Shown: piece after piece, positions 45,742 through 64,000 of the stretch | How the letters are laid out: every line of letters starts with the position of its first letter | How positions within the stretch are numbered: the first letter of the stretch is position 1 | From: the human T2T-CHM13v2.0 reference genome, Homo sapiens | Assembly: GCF_009914755.1 (NCBI RefSeq) | Contig: NC_060933.1 | DNA length: 64,000 nucleotides | Direction: 5' to 3' (one strand) | Notes under the pieces: model-generated | The model's input: only the letters and a program-made list of their open reading frames with translations | What the model was told of the DNA's origin: nothing | The model's database searches: none | Program-made: the position numbers and the translations under genes

Positions 45742-48319
45742 CAGTCTAAAAGGGATCTGGCCCAGTAAACAAACATTCCTTCTCATTTGTGTACTTCTAA
45801 CCCTACAGTTTAAGAAATGATCAACACAAAGTTGAGTATGTCTTAGAATTTCATAGCTAGGTGGATCTTGAGGATCCCTCACCCTTATTTTAGAATGAAG
45901 AAGCTGAGACACCCACGGTGAGAGCTGTGATCATAGGGTTAGGTAGGCATGGTGCTGGTGGCAGAGCTGGGAGTAGCCCCTCTATCTGGTCCCAGTGTGG
46001 TATATTTCTCCGCTGGACCACATTTAAATTTATGCTTACACTGGCTTGAAAATTTACCTAGACCTTAAGGGGGAAAAATATCACAGTTTTAATAACCATC
46101 TGTATCCTAACTCAAAAATTGTTCTAGAGAACCAGATTCAAACCTGTAGAACAAGAATGTAAATTACTATAAAGCTCATTTAAAGTGAAATGCTTTACAT
46201 ACATGATTGATAAGATTGATGCATACCACAAGACTGTGTTCATGAGAATGGAAATAGTTCAGACCTTTCCTTCTGAAGTTTATCAGGATCTAGTGCTTGA
46301 GTTATTTATTTATTCATTTCAAGTTATAGTTTACGACCATATCAAGTTCATTTCGGTGAAAAGAAAGCAAACCGCAAAATGGTGAGTACCTGTCTCTGCA
46401 GAGCTGCAAGGATATGTGTTTAGTTGGGTAATTTGCTTTAAAAATATTGATACCTAGAAAAAAGTTTAAAATCACTATCCTAGTATTTTCTAAAAACAAA
46501 AATACATATCTTTAAGAGATCCCTAAGCAGCTAGTTTCCTAAGAACCAAAATGTGCTAAGCCTTTCACATGGCCCCTCCTCAGTTCCGAGAGAAATTGGC
46601 AGAGACTGTGGGTGTCTGGAATGGTTTCATGTGGTTGTGCTGTTTAGACTAATCATCATTAAGACATCCATGCTAATAGCATGGACTTGTAATTATCTAA
46701 TTTAAGCAATTTAGGGATATCATTTATTCTTCTACAGGACTGAGAGTATCTGCACCCCTCCTCTGCTGCCTGCACACCCCATTGCGGTCATGCCACCTTT
46801 GTTTCCCAACCCTTGTCACCAGATGTGAAACCTCTATCATTTCCCCTCATGACTGACGGACACCAGGCCAGCCTAAGGAACATGCTGGAGAAATCCAGCA
46901 GACTATTTATTGTGCAGCTCTGGAGCAGGGGAAAGGAATGGGTTAGAAGTGGTGACTTGGGAGTAATTTCCCTAGAGGTGATGGCTGAGACAGTGACTAT
47001 AACTAAAGTCAAAGTGCCATTTAGAGAGACAATGGAAGAAAAACATCTAGGAAAAGAGGCTGCCAAACCTGGGGTCCAAATGGGCTTTTTGGTAGCTATG
47101 GGACTTTAGGAAGCTTCCTTCATCTTTCTGAGCCAAGCTTTCTTAACCATGTAGAATGGAGATACTAAAGCACCTGAGGTGGTAGAGATGATTCGATGAG
47201 GTCATGTACATGAGCATAGGGACAGTTAGTGCCTTTTTCCTCCCAAAGAAGAAAGAAATAGTAAAAGGAGTGCCACAGTAGCCTTGGAAAGAGAGATTTC
47301 AAGAAGGAAGTGGTCACGGGAGGGGCCGTTGACCGTAAAGGATGAGAAGAGGCTGGTGAACTCTGGGGCAGGAAACTCCCTGTAGAGTTGCCAGCGTGGG
47401 TCTCCGCCATAGTGAATTGTCTCAGACGTTGATAGATGAAGTGTCTGCGTGGGAGTAATACAGCTTCTTTATGAACGATTTTTCTTGTTTTACACAGTGA
47501 TATATTTTCTACAGTGAGAGACAAAGGGGTGGGACTTTCAAAGACAGAAATTGCTCCTGACCCTGAGAGCACCCATATGACTCTGATGCCAAGGAAACAG
47601 TTTAAGAAAGGCAGCTCCCAGGAAGCCAGTTCATCAGAGTGGAAGAAGCAGAAGTCAGATGCTTTAGGTTTGGCTGCGTGTGAAAAAGACATGAAAGCGA
47701 TGGGCACAGATATTTGGAAACTGCAACAACGATGCATTTCCACCCAAGGTCCCAGTAATACTAAGCCAAAAAACTAAGCCTGACTTGAATTTGTGAGAAA
47801 TGTCCTAAGAAGTTGGGTCATTAAGAGACGATGAAGGGGAATTGTCCATCCCCATCTTCCAGTCTCCTGACTTTATCCTAGACTGTCTCCCAACAGCATA
47901 ATCGGCATCCCGGAAGCAGCTGTGGGCACCCTAGCCCTGCCCACAGTCTGCCCTTTTTCATTTTGTTCTGATTCGCTTATTTTTGGTTATATTGCTTGTT
48001 TTACTTCCTGCTTTGTCTCTACATTGACTTGGAGCTTGACTTCTGACTTCAGCTTCTTCCTCTGACCCCATGTTCCTCAGCCTTACTCCAAGCCCAGGAA
48101 AAGGTGGTCCTTAATTTTCTATTCTCATTTCACATCACCATCTCTCCAGCCTGAGCTCTCCACCCCCAACCCAATGGCTCACTCTCACCAGCCGACCCTT
48201 TTCCGTGTGGAACCAGAGCTTCCTTGCTCCCATGCTGTTTCCTTGCCCTGAAAGTTTCTCTCCCTTCATCCTCACTTTCCCTGTCTATGGGGATACTCTC
48301 CTTCTTTATTGTTGGTTTT

Positions 48320-48609
48320 TTTGTTTTATTGTTTTTTGAGACAGAGTGTCACTCTGTCACCCACCTGGAGTGCAGTGGCGCAATCTCTGCTCACTGCAGC
48401 CTCCACCTCCTGTGTTCAAGCGATTCTTGTGCCTCCGACTCCTGAGTAGCTGGGATTACAGGCGTGCACCACTACATCCAGCTAATTTTTGTATTTTTAA
48501 GGGGTTTCACCATGTTAGCCAGGCTGGTCTCAAACTCCTGTCCTCAAGTGATTCGCTTGCCTCGGCCTCCCAAAGTGCTGGGATTACAGGCGTGAACCAC
48601 CGCACCTGG
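48320..48609 (-). mobile_element. AluS
   Basis: Antisense Alu; TSD atactctcctt. Confidence 0.88.
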
Positions 48610-49064
48610 TCAACATACTCTCCTTTAAACCTCAACTCACATTCAATTCAGGACCTTTCCAGAGTTGTGTGTGCCCACATTTTGTCCCTTTCATTTTGTC
48701 AGGCATTTCACTTACGTGTCTGCAGGTCATTTCCAGTTTTCAGGGGCCTGGACTTTGCATATCTTAGTAGTCCTTTTTTGTGCTTTTTTCTCTTTGTACC
48801 CTTCCCTCCAGTGCATTCATGTAATAGTCACTCGGGAAAGGTCTATTGTTGACAGTCAAGCCAGAATCAAAACATTAATTCTGGCACATATGTCATTTAA
48901 TACCTTTCCACCCTCTCATTGTGTTAGTAAGGTGTTTGCTATTTCATGCTCCCAACCCCCCCACCCTCACCCTACTAAAACAAAAGATTTCTCTACACAT
49001 GAGTAAAATACTAAAATTTTATTTTCCCCTTCTAGAATCTTCTAGTTCTGGTTTTGGGTTTTTG

Positions 49065-49372
<308 letters not shown>

Positions 49373-49569
49373 TGTTTTTTTCCTTAAACTTTGAGAAGCT
49401 AGCAGTTTTTGGAAGGAATCAAGAGGTGACCCTGTCAAGTCTATCTTATCAACATCCTACAAGCCCATTGATTCTTGTTGTGTTTTATTTTCTTTAAGTT
49501 ACACATTGGTTTTGGATCATAAAAATAGTACATATTTACTATAAACCTGAAACATAAGAAATGAACAAA

Positions 49570-50330
<761 letters not shown>

Positions 50331-50604
50331 GAAAAATAAATATCACTCTCAATGTATTATTTCCTTCCCACATTCTGGCACATACTGCTGAAGTGCTTTC
50401 CAGAGAAGGTGTGTGCGTTTCTCATTACTTGTCATCCTTGTTAGGAGTCAGAATAGCTATTTTCTAAATCTTTCTAAATTTGACAGATGAAAATGTACAT
50501 CATTCTTTAAATATATGGCTTTTTAATGGCTGGTAAGATCGAGTATTTTTGTATGTATGATTTTTATCATTTATTCATTGGATTTTCTTCCACTTCTTAA
50601 TCTT

Positions 50605-50921
<317 letters not shown>

Positions 50922-51424
50922 TAAATGAGGATCCAAATGTTTTCTTATTGCCTGTTCCACATCTTTTCCTTTTAGCAATATAAAATAGCTTTTATATTGC
51001 CAAGCTGAGCCCTTCCCTCTTCTAGAACCTTTGCATTTAGGAAGGTGTTTCCTCAAGGTAAGATAGAGTAGGCATGGAAATAATCGATTAGCATTTGTGC
51101 AACTAAATGGCCCATGGAAGTTGTCCAGATCAAAGATTAGTCTTCCCAAATTTGCTTTCCCTCCCTCTTTTCAAATAAAACCATTTTCAGCTTTGAAGTA
51201 ACAATATTTTCAGAGTCTGTATATATCTGCATTTGTGAAATAAAGCTGACTTGGCCTTTGGGTACTGTTTTTTAGATACATTCCTGAACTTCATTTGTTA
51301 TTATTTTATAATATATTTCCTAGTCTTCAGAGTTAGAATATGCTAACCGTGCAAAGTCAGTTGGGCTATTTTTATTCCTATGCTCCAGAAAAAAATTACT
51401 TAGCTAGGAATTATCTGTTCCTTA

Positions 51425-51802
<378 letters not shown>

Positions 51803-52049
51803 TCATTGATAATATTCAGTTCTGTGTTTGTAAAGTCAGTTTTAGTCATTTATACTTTAGAGACGCATATAGCATGTTCATAATTCTCTTCAGATGTTTT
51901 CTTTTTCTGGTCATATATGCTGTTGAGCAGGAGGTTTGCAGCCTCCGTGCCAGTTGAACTTGGGCCTCTGTCATCTAAGAACAGAGCTGCAGGCAAGTTC
52001 ATCCCTCCCATGTCTATCAGCAGCTTCCCCCTGTGAAGAAAAGCTGAGC

Positions 52050-52600
52050 CTGTTACTCCTCCTCTTAAAACACTGTAATGGCTTGATGTTGCCATCAGGA
52101 TAAAGCCCAAGCTTTTCTCACAGCAGAGAGGCCATTTTAGGTTAGGCCCCAGCCAACCCCTCCTGCTTGTCTCTCAACTCTTTTCCTAACCTGTTCATAT
52201 AAATCCTCCTCAAAGTAAACTTCCTCCAGGTTCCTGATGCCTGGCCTTTCCCGCGCTGGACCTTGGTGCATGTTGCTTTCACCTGGGTCCCCCAATTCCT
52301 CTAATTAAGCCCTGCTCGGCCCTTGGGACTCGACTCAGAAGCCAACTCCCCCAGGAGGGCTTTTCTGACTGACACTCACATGGTTATGTACCCTGTGTCT
52401 GTGCCTCCCCAGCCTCACCCTTCTTCTGCTCTAGCACTTACACTAATTATTTTAATTGCCCCTTTAGTTCTTTGTGTTTGTCATTAGATTGGAAATGGCA
52501 AGGGCAGGGAGGGTTCATAAATTACTTGACTTTGTGTCCCAAGCACCACATGTAGAACCTTACACAAAGTCCTTTTTATTGAACAAATTAATGAACAAAT
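52050..52600. mobile_element. L2 3' region remnant
   Basis: ctcctcttaaaacactgtaatggct...ttgaacaaattaatgaacaaat. Confidence 0.55.
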
Positions 52601-52858
52601 ACAGGTAAGCATCCCTGTCTCACTAGTATTAAGCCTATAGCTGATCACACAGTGGTGAGGTGTGTAGATTGTACAGACAGACTTAGGTTCACTTTCCAGC
52701 ATCACCATTTGTATCCTGTACCGTGTCTCTACGCCTCAGTGGACACCAATGTGAGAAGTGAAGGGAATGATGCATATGAAAAGCTACATCCTCAATAGAA
52801 GTTTTGTGTTGCTATGATATGGATCTTAAGTACTAGACTCCGTCACTGAGCAAAATGA

Positions 52859-53230
<372 letters not shown>

Positions 53231-54879
53231 TGAAGAATTGTTTATCCTCTGATAGAGAGGGTTGCATGATCTTTTTGAGGGGAATTGACCTTTTGCCCTT
53301 GATGATTCAGAGTAAATATTCTAGTGTTCAAGGAGAAAATCAATCTGATTCATTTGAACTATTATAAATAGTACTATTGTAGCCAGCAATAATATTGTCC
53401 AGAATGTTAGAGCTGATGGATTGATGTGCAAAGCTTAGGAAGCAGCTACAAGACCTCATTGCCTAGACCTGTGTTCCTGTAACAATATTCCACAAAATCT
53501 GAAAGCTAAAGTGTCTGCAGCAGAGCATTGCACATATGACCTGGAATCAGATGCACCCACATCATAGGCAACACTCAAGGGGCTTTACCAGGTTGGAATG
53601 CTTCCAGATGTTATTCATTTAGTGGACAACTTGTTCTATATAATTCAAAGACAATTTCCCAGGTGTTCTCTTCTCTGAGCACTGAGAGCAGTGAGCACGT
53701 GGATGCTTAGGTCTCTCCAGGCCATGTGGAAGAGAGTTTTCTTCCATGCAGCTTTGTAGGTTGTCAGACTGTAGCATGAATCAGAATCATCTTAAATGCC
53801 AGCAGCAGCACCCCCTCCCAAGTGAGGAAAGCAAGGACTCTTCAACTTTATCAGCTTTCCTGAGGTTCTGATGCAGGCACTTGCAGCCACTCTTACAAGA
53901 ACATCTTGGTAGAGGTTTATCCCCAGGAGGATGCATGTTCCACAAGTCAAGGTTGGTGGAGTGGAAGTGGGAGGCTTGCGGCCTGGAGGGTTGAGGCTCA
54001 GACCCTAGGATGTCACTCTGTTGATCTCTAAGCAAAGCGCAATAGACCTGTAATCACCAGAGGTTACAACACACAGGACTCTACAAGCCAGGCCACATGG
54101 AACAGCAGATGTTGACTCACAAGTAAGAGGTCTAGTACCAGATAGAGAAAGTAAGGCAGAGGAAAACTTGTTGAAAAGTTAACAAAAGGTTTTCTTTTCA
54201 TAATTTTTCTCCTAAAAACTGGGATTTTGAATTTTGTCACTAGGGTGGCTGGAACTTAAAATTTTTACTTTATTTTCATGGATTAGCCCAAGGGGCAAAA
54301 AATGAATGGAGGAGTACCATTGCTGTGACTACTGAGACTGAGCCAAAGCTGCCGAGTGGAGCTAGGAAACACTGTCCTGCAGAGTCCCACTGATTTGGGC
54401 CAACAGTGCTGTATTTGCCTATCCTTGGGAAATTCAGGGAAAATGACAACCTGTATTGGCTGATCACTTTTGATTTTCAGTCCCTCCCAGCTAGGACAAT
54501 TCAGTCACCAAATGAAGAGTCCAGACACAGCTCAGAGCTCATAGTTTGGTATCTAGAGATGAGGATCCAAATCTGGCTGCCCTAATGCCTTGCTATGACC
54601 ATCATCTGGGAGAAACTGATCAATTCCATTGATTTCAGTGGCACTAGAAAAAAAGGTTTCACTTCTTGCATCTGAGAACAGATACCACGCCCCCAAAAAC
54701 CTCAACAGAAAGTCCCAGCTGCCTGTCTCATTACTGCTGGCCCATCCAGTGGCAGTCAGTTCACTACGGCTTGAAGAATTCCAACAGCTGACTTGCAAAG
54801 GAAACATGCAATTTCCCGGAGATAGACCAAATTGCATGACCAGAAAATATGGCTAACATAGAGGCAGAATTAATAAGAG

Positions 54880-55610
54880 AAAGAGAAGTAAACTTTAGTT
54901 AAAACCTAATGAGGAGGAGAAACATAATGAGGACATTTAAGAAGATACAATTAGAGCATAAAAAAATGAAATTATGGTACTGAAAAGTATGATTTCTAAA
55001 TTTAGAAATTCAATGTAGAAATTAAAGAGAATGATTACTTCTGAAAATCAAAATAGCGTTTAGTGGGATCCCTATAACCCAGAGCAAAACAAAACAAAAT
55101 ATACTAAATACTAAGAGAAATACGCAGATACAAGACAGAGAGGACCGTTTAGGTGGAGACTTAAATTGTCTAATAAATTTCCAGAAGGAAAAAGGAAGAG
55201 ACAGAAGAAAACCAAAGACTTGCTTCTTTAGATTTAAATGACTTCCTAGTCCCAGGTGGGTAGAATGAGAAGACATATTTGCAGACAAAGAAGTGTCCTA
55301 AAAGAAGAAAATGGGGAAAAATTAAATAGGGTTAAATTTTTTAACCCGAAGGATAAATTTAACGGTCATCAGCCAGAAAGAACAAGTTATTGACAAAAGA
55401 AAGGGAGTTAGACCATCGCTGGACTATCGGCAATACTGAAGGTTACTGGGGGGATTGTGATAGGAAAATCTTATAACCAGCCAAAATCTTATTATATAAG
55501 GGCAAAAATAAGGTATTTAGGGGCTTGTAGGACCTCAGAAAGTATACTACCCATGTACTCAACCTGAGGAAATTAGTCAAGGAAGTACTTAAGAAAATAA
55601 GGATGCAAGG
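54880..55610 (+). mobile_element. Ancient L1 (ORF1-region) remnant
   Basis: A-rich strand; ggacctcagaaagtatactaccca-like L1M ORF1 3' signature. Confidence 0.45.
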
Positions 55611-55611
55611 A

Positions 55612-55926
<315 letters not shown>

Positions 55927-55944
55927 GGATGCAAAATTATAGCC

Positions 55945-56522
<578 letters not shown>

Positions 56523-56849
56523 TAAAAAAAATTCAGCAACAGGGAAAGACAAAGAATACAAGAAGACAATGGTGAATAATGAACCTTGTAATTGTCATAC
56601 TCTAAATAGATGCTAACGTGACATGGAATAATGAGAATTTTAAATCAGATGAGACTTATTATGGAGGAAAATTTAATAGCCTTGGCTAAAATTTTAAATT
56701 ATCTCAAAACACAGGAGTAGGGGTGTGAAAGAAGAAAGTGGGGAAGTAAAAGTGCTTTCAAGCTTTGTTGAGGTTTATGAATTGTGAGGGAGGGGCTGCA
56801 ACGCCATTCTACAGTGCACAACAAACAACTTTACAGTTGCTCCTGGCTG

Positions 56850-57129
56850 GGGCCGGTGGCTCACACCCGTAATCCCAGCACTTTGGGAGGCCGGCGGGAG
56901 TGTGGCTTAAAGCCCACAGCTCGAGACCAGCCTGGACAACATGGTGAAATGCCATCTCTACTGAAAAAAAAAAATACAAAAATTAGCCAGGCGTTGTGGT
57001 GTGTGCCTGTAATCCCAGCTACTTGGGAGGCTGAGGCAGGAGAATCGCTTGAACCCAAAGGCAGAGGTTGCAGTGAGCCTAGATCGCACCCCTGCACTCC
57101 AGCCTGGGCGACAGAGTGAGAGTCTGTCT

Positions 57130-57170
<41 letters not shown>
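56850..57170 (+). mobile_element. AluS with A40 tail and altered left arm
   Basis: Dimeric Alu; agttgctcct on both sides. Confidence 0.88.
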
Positions 57171-57173
<3 letters not shown>

Positions 57174-57494
57174 GCTCCTTAGACATGGCTGTTCTAAAAA
57201 TCCTTGATCTGTTCTTCCATCAAGGATTTCTTATTGGCAGTAGTATCCTTTCTCTCTCTCTCTTTGGCCTTGAAGTTTCCTTTCCCTACCTTCCAAGCTC
57301 CTCCCCCTTTTTCTGTTCCTACCCATATTCGTCTCACTTTTTACACAGGGAAAATTAACTACAGATTGCAAATTTAGGTTCTGTGCAGCTCTGCGGCATT
57401 CAGAGCCTTCAAAGTCCAGTTCCAGAATGTGGGCTTTGTCGTGAAGGCAGTAGGAAGTAATTGAAAGTTTTGTGTGTTAGAAAGATTTCTCTGA

Positions 57495-57785
57495 GCCGGG
57501 CGCGGTGGCTCACGCCTGTAATCCTAGCACTTAGGCCGAGGCGGGCGGATCAGCTGAAGTCAGGAGTGCGAGACCAACCTGACCAACATGGAGAAACCCC
57601 GTCTCTACTAAAAATACAAAATTAGCCGGGCGTGGAGGCGCATGCCTGTAATCCCAGTTACGCGGGAGGCTGAGGCAGGAGAATCGCTTGAACCTAGGAG
57701 GCGGAGGTTGTGTGAGCCGAGATCGCTCCATTGTACTCCAGCCTGGGCGAAAAGAGCGAAAACTCCATCTCAAAAAAAAAAAAAA
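57495..57785 (+). mobile_element. AluSp-like
   Basis: catggagaaacccc diagnostic; TSD aaagatttctctg. Confidence 0.88.
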
Positions 57786-58078
57786 GATTTCTCTGGCTGC
57801 TGTGTGGAGGATGGATTAGAGAGAATGAGCTTGAAGGCATAGACACCCAGCAGGAAGGTTGTCGCTCTAATCCTAGTGAGGAATTCTGTTTCTCCCCCAT
57901 TCCTAAGACCTAAATGTGGCTGAAACATTTTCTTTTTAGTTTTGTACAGGTCAGATGGGAAAGTACCACTCTCACTTTCTACAATGGGAACTCTTTAATG
58001 TTTCATACCAACCCTAAGCCTTCCTTAGGAGGGGCAGGCTGCCCAAAGTCACAGAAGGCTGACACCTAAGAAAAGTCC

Positions 58079-58379
58079 GGTCCTGGCGTAGTGGCTCACG
58101 CCTGTAATCTCAGCACTTCAGGAAGCTGAGGCAGGTGGATCACTTGCGGTCAGGAGTTCAAGACCAGCCTGGCCAATATGGTGAAACTCCGTCTCTACTA
58201 AAAATACAAAAAATTAGCTGGGTGTGGTGGTGCATGCCTGTAATCATAGCTGAGGAGGCTGAGGCAGGAGAATCACTTGAACCCAGGAGGTAGAGGTTGC
58301 AGTGAGCTGAGATCGTGCCACTGTACTCTAGTCTGGGTAACAGAGCAATACTCTGTCTCAAAAAAAAAAAAAAAAAAAA
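58079..58379 (+). mobile_element. AluS
   Basis: Dimeric Alu; TSD aaaagtcc. Confidence 0.88.
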
Positions 58380-58979
58380 GTCCATGTCAGGATCACAGCC
58401 CACTTCATTTGACTTCCTGCCTCCACTTGACTTCTCCAGAACGTTACTCTCCAATCTGTTCCTGCATATGACTGGCTCTCAGCCCTGCTGACTTTATCTC
58501 CCTGCTCCAGTTTCCCACTCACTCAGATTTGATGACCAGCTTGGTATTCCCTGCTGCTTCCTAACACTCAAAGTTTCATTCTGTAGGATGTTGAATTAAA
58601 ACATTAGTTGAGTTCATAGCCTCATCAGGTCTATTGCAAAAGTTATGGCATTGATCAGAAAGAAGTAGTTGGCCTAGAAGAATTGGTTTGGGGAAATTCA
58701 TGTGATTCAGAGTATCCCAAGTCCCAGTGAGCCTCATCTTACCAGCAAATGCAGCTCTCCCTCCTTTTCCTCTTCTGTCAGGGAACCCACCTTGCTACAG
58801 GGAGTTACCGTTGCCAATTCTCTTTATACTGGGCATTCTTACCATCTCTGATTGTCTCCAGATGACAGCCAGCATGCCCTTGGGGATCCAGAATGAAGGA
58901 GGAAGTTAAAACATCAAAAGGATGTTAAGCATTTGCTCGTTTTTGTTAGCAAAACCCTGGAGAATGCCTGTGAGCATAA

Positions 58980-59432
<453 letters not shown>

Positions 59433-59581
59433 TGATTCAAAGATAGACCACACCAAATGAAGCCAAGAGGCCAGAAATTTCTGCCTACGATGTAGAGGAA
59501 GGAATGCAAAGACAGGAAGATGGGGACTTGGGAATGGATTTATCATATGTGATTCACCCACCTCAAAATTATGCCCCTCTA

Positions 59582-59878
<297 letters not shown>

Positions 59879-60797
59879 TCATGCCCCTCCAGTAAAGACT
59901 AACAATATATTCATATCACCAAACCACTGAGAAATGCATTGGTGCAAGGAGAGCTAGAATCTCTGTAAAGCAGTTGTAGGCCACGGATGTAAATGGGATG
60001 AACTGCACTCCTTATGGGATGACATAGTCTCCCTAATTCCAATAAGGGTGATGGAATTGGGAGTAGAACACACAAGCAAGGCCAAACATCAGCACTTCAT
60101 TTCGAAGGCATGGAATCTACAGTTGTCATAACTGCCAGACATACTTACGTAGTCATCTGAATAGTCTGACTATTTGGTGGTACCTAATTACCTAAACAGA
60201 AGATCCAGAATTGAAACAGATGGGTAGCCCACCATAAGGTTTTATTTGATGTATGAAACCAAAAAACTCCAAGTTTGGTGATAAGAGGCCTTACTTGAAC
60301 CACCACCGTAGAATCCTGCCTCCTCACTCAATTCCCAGGTCTGATTAATTTCAGAGATTCTGAGCCCCTTAAATAAAAGGAAAGGTGCATATCCTCAAAA
60401 AAAAAAGGCTGTGGTAACATGACAGGTATATACTCAACCTCCTCCCCATCAACTTCTCCAAATAGACAGCTATTCATAGGGGTAGATGTACACATAGGGA
60501 AGGAAAGTATCTAAACCTTCGGCTTTGAAATAATGGGAGACTAGAACGCTGTCATGGATTACCAGTCAGTGGCAGCCTCATGATAAGAATATAAAGCTTT
60601 GATTCCAATTAGTCTCACATTGGGCTCTAATAAGACCCCAAACTCATCTTGTGGTTGAGTGTACAATTGGAATAAATAAGTTCAACAATTGGGATAATTT
60701 CCAAATTGACTCTCTAACCCAAGTCATGAGGGCTATTATGGTAAGAAAAGCAAATTAAGCCTTTAGAGCAGCACTGTCCAACAGAAAAATAATGTGA

Positions 60798-61100
<303 letters not shown>

Positions 61101-61260
61101 CAGTAGCTGCATTTTTTAAAAGTAAAAAGAAACAGGTGAAATTAATTTTAAAAGCACAGTTTACTGAATCCATGATATCTAAAATAGTATCATTTCAATA
61201 TGTAGTCAATATAAAACTTATTGAGGTACTTATTTTTATATGAAGTCTTCAAAATATCAT

Positions 61261-61735
<475 letters not shown>

Positions 61736-62239
61736 AATGAGTGTTAACATCGTTCATTATTACATCTAATAACCCACTTAGATAGTTTTTCATTCTCATT
61801 TCCTCAACTATGGGCTCTGCTGGTTTAGAGGTCTTAGTAACCAATCAAAGAATATTTCCATCAGGAGACACGAAAATGATAACACTGACATCTGGGCAGA
61901 TTTGAATTTGATAATTCAGTCAAACCTCAGAAATTGACTGGTAGCCATAGAGGAAAATGAGGAATGGAGAATCTTTCTGGAAAGAGTCATGGGCCTGGGA
62001 CTCCCTTGTAGGAGGCTGATAACCCTGCAGGGTATCTTGCATTGTTCCTCAGGTTGCTTTAGGACTCTTAAAGCAAACCACCCTATTTTGTACTTAAAGC
62101 TTGCCCTGGGTACTTTCCCAAGCATCCAGGCCCGGGAATGACACTGTATTGGGAAATGAGCTAATTAACCACATCCCTTCTTCCTAAGCCAACTCCAGGG
62201 CAACTGCAACATCATCATAGAAGTTGCACAGGTCAATGC

Positions 62240-62743
<504 letters not shown>

Positions 62744-63433
62744 CTACTGTTTATTGCCAAAATCGTAGTCCTCCTTTTCTGAGAGTGAGACCATGTTCTG
62801 GTAAGTTCTCTGCGTGGAGGAGCACAGAATCTGAGTTTGCCGAGAGTAGGCTGAGAATGCCCATCCTCACTCTTCCAGTTAGTCACTCTTCCTCCCTCTG
62901 GAGGACTGTGTGAAGGAAAAGAGGAAAATGGGGGTGAACATGTCTGCCCATACTTTCTCCCCTTCTCCATGACAGTATGAAGAATGGGGAACAAGCTTTC
63001 TTCCCTCTCCACACTGCCTTTCACATTGCAACATCCTCTGAGTCTATCAGGGACCATCAGCTGATCTGGCAATGCAATCCATTCTGATGGGAAATGGGAT
63101 AGAAGGGACCGTTTTTTCCCTTTAAACATTGACAGACAATGGTCTTTGCTGTCTTCTCTAGAATAGTAGGTAACATGGCAATCACATAGGAGGGAAGACA
63201 AGTAGCCTGAAAGCGCAGATATGGTATTTGGGGACTGGCAGAATGAAATTAGATCAGCAGAGCCACAAAGGACCCCAGGGATCATTTGAGAATTTGAAAA
63301 TAGGAGATATTGGGCATTGAACAATTGGTAAGAGGAACAAAAGGTGAAAGACACACAGAAGAGGCAGTAAGACGACCTGAAGCTATGAGTGAGCAGACAC
63401 TATAGGGTCAGATGGAGATAAAGAGCATATTGC

Positions 63434-63716
63434 AGCTGGGCACAGTGGCTCACGCCTATAATCCCAGCAATTTGGGAGGCTGAGACAGGCAGATGGCTTG
63501 AGCTCAGGAGTTTGAGATCAGTGTGGGCAACATAGCAAAACCCTGTCTCTACAAAAAATACACAAAATTAGCCAGGCATGGTGGTGTGTGCCTGTGGTCC
63601 CAGCTATACATGAGGCCGAGGTGGGAGGATCACTTGAGCCAGGGATGTGGAGCCAAGATCACTCCACCACACTCCAGCCTGAGTGACAGAGTAAGACTAT
63701 CTCAAAAAAAAAAAAA
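63434..63716 (+). mobile_element. AluJ
   Basis: Dimeric Alu. Confidence 0.86.
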
Positions 63717-63874
63717 GAGAACATTTTTCAGGTAAAGATGTGAATAGCAGAGGAAAAGACGGAGAAGCTGAATCAAAAGGATGGTGAGGCGCTAAAGCAG
63801 CCATTGGCTCCTCCTGCTGCTGAGGGAAGGGGAGTGATCACCCAATTGCTAGACCCACCCTGAATCTTGTATAA

Positions 63875-64000
63875 CAGCCATCTTCAACCTTGTTGGCACC
63901 AGGGACCAGTTTCATGGAAGACAATTTTTCCACAGATGGGATGGTGAGTTGGGGCATGGTTTCAGGGAGATTCAAGGCTTTCTGTTTATTGTGCATTTTC
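63875..64000. mobile_element. MER1-like hAT transposon (truncated by the window end)
   Basis: caaccttgttggcaccagggaccagtttcatggaagacaatttttccacag. Confidence 0.78.

Noticed and set aside
56895-57437. 10-nt inverted match (aaagcccaca / tgtgggcttt) between the altered Alu segment and sequence ~520 bp away
   Set aside because: Too short to distinguish from chance

Overview
Human/primate genomic DNA containing the complete UGCG gene (UDP-glucose ceramide glucosyltransferase, glucosylceramide synthase) on the + strand. A CpG-island promoter (~5.7-6.9 kb) precedes 9 coding exons (6563-42344). All introns are GT-AG, and the exon lengths 98+142+103+102+113+179+87+190+171 sum to 1185 nt (394 aa plus stop). 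The 3' UTR runs to about 44.7 kb. The 3' end of intron 7 is the MIR4668 tailed-mirtron hairpin. The rest is mostly interspersed repeats: roughly 55 Alus plus old L1, L2, MIR, MER DNA transposons, an MLT/MST LTR and an ERVL internal remnant. Nearly all ORFs in the supplied track are Alu- or CpG-island-derived artefacts. I found no well-supported new gene or system. The most unusual signals are: (i) a cluster of locally templated insertions with snap-back junctions upstream of the promoter; (ii) a ~1 kb segment bracketed by 70-bp direct repeats; (iii) a ~200-bp direct repeat flanking the in-frame catalytic exon 4; (iv) an AT-rich palindromic minisatellite; (v) a candidate in-frame 39-nt cassette exon in intron 1; (vi) the mirtron hairpin covering the exon 8 acceptor. 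Repeat family and subfamily calls and boundaries are by eye and approximate.
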